A stretch of DNA of 32,000 nucleotides from positions 1-32,000 of the forward strand of contig CALXVX010000045.1 of NCBI GenBank assembly GCA_944392215.1. Reading direction: 5' to 3'. A program made the translations under genes and the position numbers. Below the pieces are notes generated by a model that was not told where the DNA came from, searched no databases, and was given only the letters and a program-made list of their open reading frames with translations. Shown here piece by piece: positions 30,406-32,000 of the stretch; within the stretch, counting starts at the first letter, position 1, and every line of letters begins with the position of its first letter. Origin of the DNA: an uncultured Alphaproteobacteria bacterium (GTDB lineage: Bacteria > Pseudomonadota > Alphaproteobacteria > RF32 > CAG-239).

Positions 30406-31057
30406 CCCGTTTGATTGTAAAAATCAAAAGACTATCAATGAAGTCTTCCGCAGTGTCGGCAATATCGCCGATATCGTTTACAAAACCGCCAAGTTGCAGT
30501 TTGTTGGCAAGAGGCAAATCCGAATCAAAAATGGCTTCGCTCAGTTTGCGTGAGGCGGCATCTGACTCATGCTCAATAAAATAAACCTTTTGCGAATAAT
30601 CTCTGACACTGGATAAATCTCTGAAAAATGCGCGGCTGGCCTTGGCCATATTTTCTGCACATTCGGCACTTAAGTCGCATAGCTCGTTGATGCGTGTGTG
30701 GTACTCTGAGGGAACTTCCGGACGTTCACAATAAAATTTGTAGGTGACTTCGTCAAACTTATTGATGACTTTATCCAAGTTTTCCACCAACTGCAAAACA
30801 TCTGCTCGCAGATCCGGTATCAGATTTTGGGTATATAAATTGTTTTCAATATCCCGCCTTAGGCCGTCTGCATCGTGTTCTATCAATTTGATTTGTTTTG
30901 AAAGCTTGCGGTAGCTGTCACTGCGTCCCTCTTCTAAGTAAACTCTAATGGCCTTTTTAAACGTCATGGTGGCGTCTATGAGCTTGTCATGAAAAAGGTC
31001 AATCTTATTTTCAAGTGCGCGGGTTTGAGAAAAAATAGATAAACTGATGTGAAACAT
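30398..31057 (-). CDS. DUF47 / PhoU-like phosphate-transport regulator partner of PiT
   Basis: All-helical 219-aa protein with ...IEHDADGLRRDI... and ...IEHESDAASRKL... repeats, typical of the DUF47 (YkaA/PitR-like) family found upstream of pit genes. SD gaggga. Its stop overlaps the pit start. Confidence 0.75.
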   Translation of the reverse strand: MFHISLSIFSQTRALENKIDLFHDKLIDATMTFKKAIRVYLEEGRSDSYRKLSKQIKLIEHDADGLRRDIENNLYTQNLIPDLRADVLQLVENLDKVINKFDEVTYKFYCERPEVPSEYHTRINELCDLSAECAENMAKASRAFFRDLSSVRDYSQKVYFIEHESDAASRKLSEAIFDSDLPLANKLQLGGFVNDIGDIADTAEDFIDSLLIFTIKRDV

Positions 31058-31208
31058 GGTTCCCTCTTATAGTTTTTTGTTCTATTTTATTCTCATATTT
31101 ATGAAGAAATTCTGAAAAAAACAATAAATAATATCTAAAATTTGGCTTGTAAATATTTTCATCTTTGGTTAGATTAGATGCGTTGATTAAATTTTTGAGG
31201 ATTTTAAA

Positions 31209-31925
31209 ATGAATAAAATTAATGCTGTTTATGTATCCTTGTTGGCCTTGATTGTAGCTCTTGTTGCTTTGGTTGTGTGCATCGTTTCCTACAATAAGGA
31301 CAGCAATGTCGAGCAAGCTCTCAATGATAACCCAGAAATGATTATTAATGCTATGCAGAAATATGAGCAGGTTCAGAGAGAAAATGCTTTGAAAGAGGCT
31401 AAAGAATTGTTGGCTCAGAGTGCAGATGAACTCTATAATAACGAAAATGACGGTATCTTGGGTAATCCTGAGGGTAAGGTTGTTTTGGTCGAGTTCTTCG
31501 ATTTCTCTTGCGGCTATTGCCACAGAATCTATCCGATTCTGAAAAATGTTGTTGCTAAAAATAGCGATCTTAAATTGGTGGTTAAGCCCTTGGCTTTTCT
31601 CTCTCCAATGTCTCAGTATGCTGCGAAGGCTTCTTTGGCTGCTAAAGAACAGGGCAAATTTGCCGAAGTTTATTCTGCAATCTTTGAAATTGAGGGACCA
31701 TTGACAGAAGCTAAAATTGATGAAGCCGCCGTTTTGGCCGGTGCGGATCTTGAGCAACTAAAAACTGATATGGAATCGGAAAAAGTTAACAATACTTTGG
31801 CTGATGTATCGGCTTTGGCAAGCAAGGTTAGAATCAGCGGTGTACCAACTTTGGTTCTCAATGGCGAAATCATCCAAACCTTGGATGAAGTCGTTTTGCA
31901 ACAAGCTATTGATGCTGCCAAATAA
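31209..31925 (+). CDS. DsbA-family thiol:disulfide oxidoreductase, membrane-anchored
   Basis: N-terminal TM (VYVSLLALIVALVALVVCIV). Thioredoxin-fold active site VEFFDFSCGYCHRIYP. ...ISGVPTLVLNGE... cis-Pro loop region. Confidence 0.85.
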   Translation: MNKINAVYVSLLALIVALVALVVCIVSYNKDSNVEQALNDNPEMIINAMQKYEQVQRENALKEAKELLAQSADELYNNENDGILGNPEGKVVLVEFFDFSCGYCHRIYPILKNVVAKNSDLKLVVKPLAFLSPMSQYAAKASLAAKEQGKFAEVYSAIFEIEGPLTEAKIDEAAVLAGADLEQLKTDMESEKVNNTLADVSALASKVRISGVPTLVLNGEIIQTLDEVVLQQAIDAAK

Positions 31926-31945
31926 TTTACAGGCGGCTTAAACGA

Positions 31946-31977
31946 AAGGCGGCTCTTTTGCAGGGCCGCTTTTTTTT
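31946..31977 (+). terminator. rho-independent terminator after the dsbA-like gene
   Basis: ggcggc (31948-31953) / gccgct (31965-31970), followed by a T-run. Confidence 0.5.
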
Positions 31978-32000
31978 GCCTTGTGTTTTGGAAAGAAAAA

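Overview
The window is a housekeeping region of a bacterial chromosome. Protein sequences and gene order look alphaproteobacterial and endosymbiont-like, but that is inference only. All ORFs close under the standard genetic code.

The backbone, in order:
- + strand: secE-nusG, rplK-rplA, rplJ-rplL, rpoB-rpoC, uvrC-pgsA, ompR-envZ, rplU-rpmA-obg-rsfS.
- - strand: an operon of a DUF47/PhoU-like gene, a PiT phosphate transporter and rlmH.
- + strand: a DsbA-like oxidoreductase at the 3' end.

I found no rRNA, tRNA, CRISPR array, transposase or integrase.

Main observations:
1. rpoC encodes [12 protein letters not shown]. The third catalytic Mg-binding Asp of the universal NADFDGDQM motif is Ala (GCC at 14601-14603).
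2. The normally contiguous secE-nusG-rplKAJL-rpoBC cluster is interrupted at three junctions by accessory or orphan genes that carry their own promoters and terminators:
- nusG|rplK: an mscL-zinc-ribbon fusion plus two orphans.
- rplA|rplJ: an 87-aa orphan.
- rplL|rpoB: a DUF1566-like protein, an HExxH MA-type peptidase-like protein and a 5-TM protein.
3. A 91-nt unit built on a long palindrome occurs twice after rplL. Two other cassettes are bracketed by near-duplicate terminator hairpins.
4. Four tandem small N-terminally anchored proteins lie between rpoC and uvrC.
5. A hyper-acidic repeat protein is translationally linked to envZ.
6. A collapsed flagellin pseudogene lies in the 450-nt gap after that acidic protein.

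Several very long antisense ORFs, up to 906 aa opposite rpoB, are explained by codon bias and rejected.
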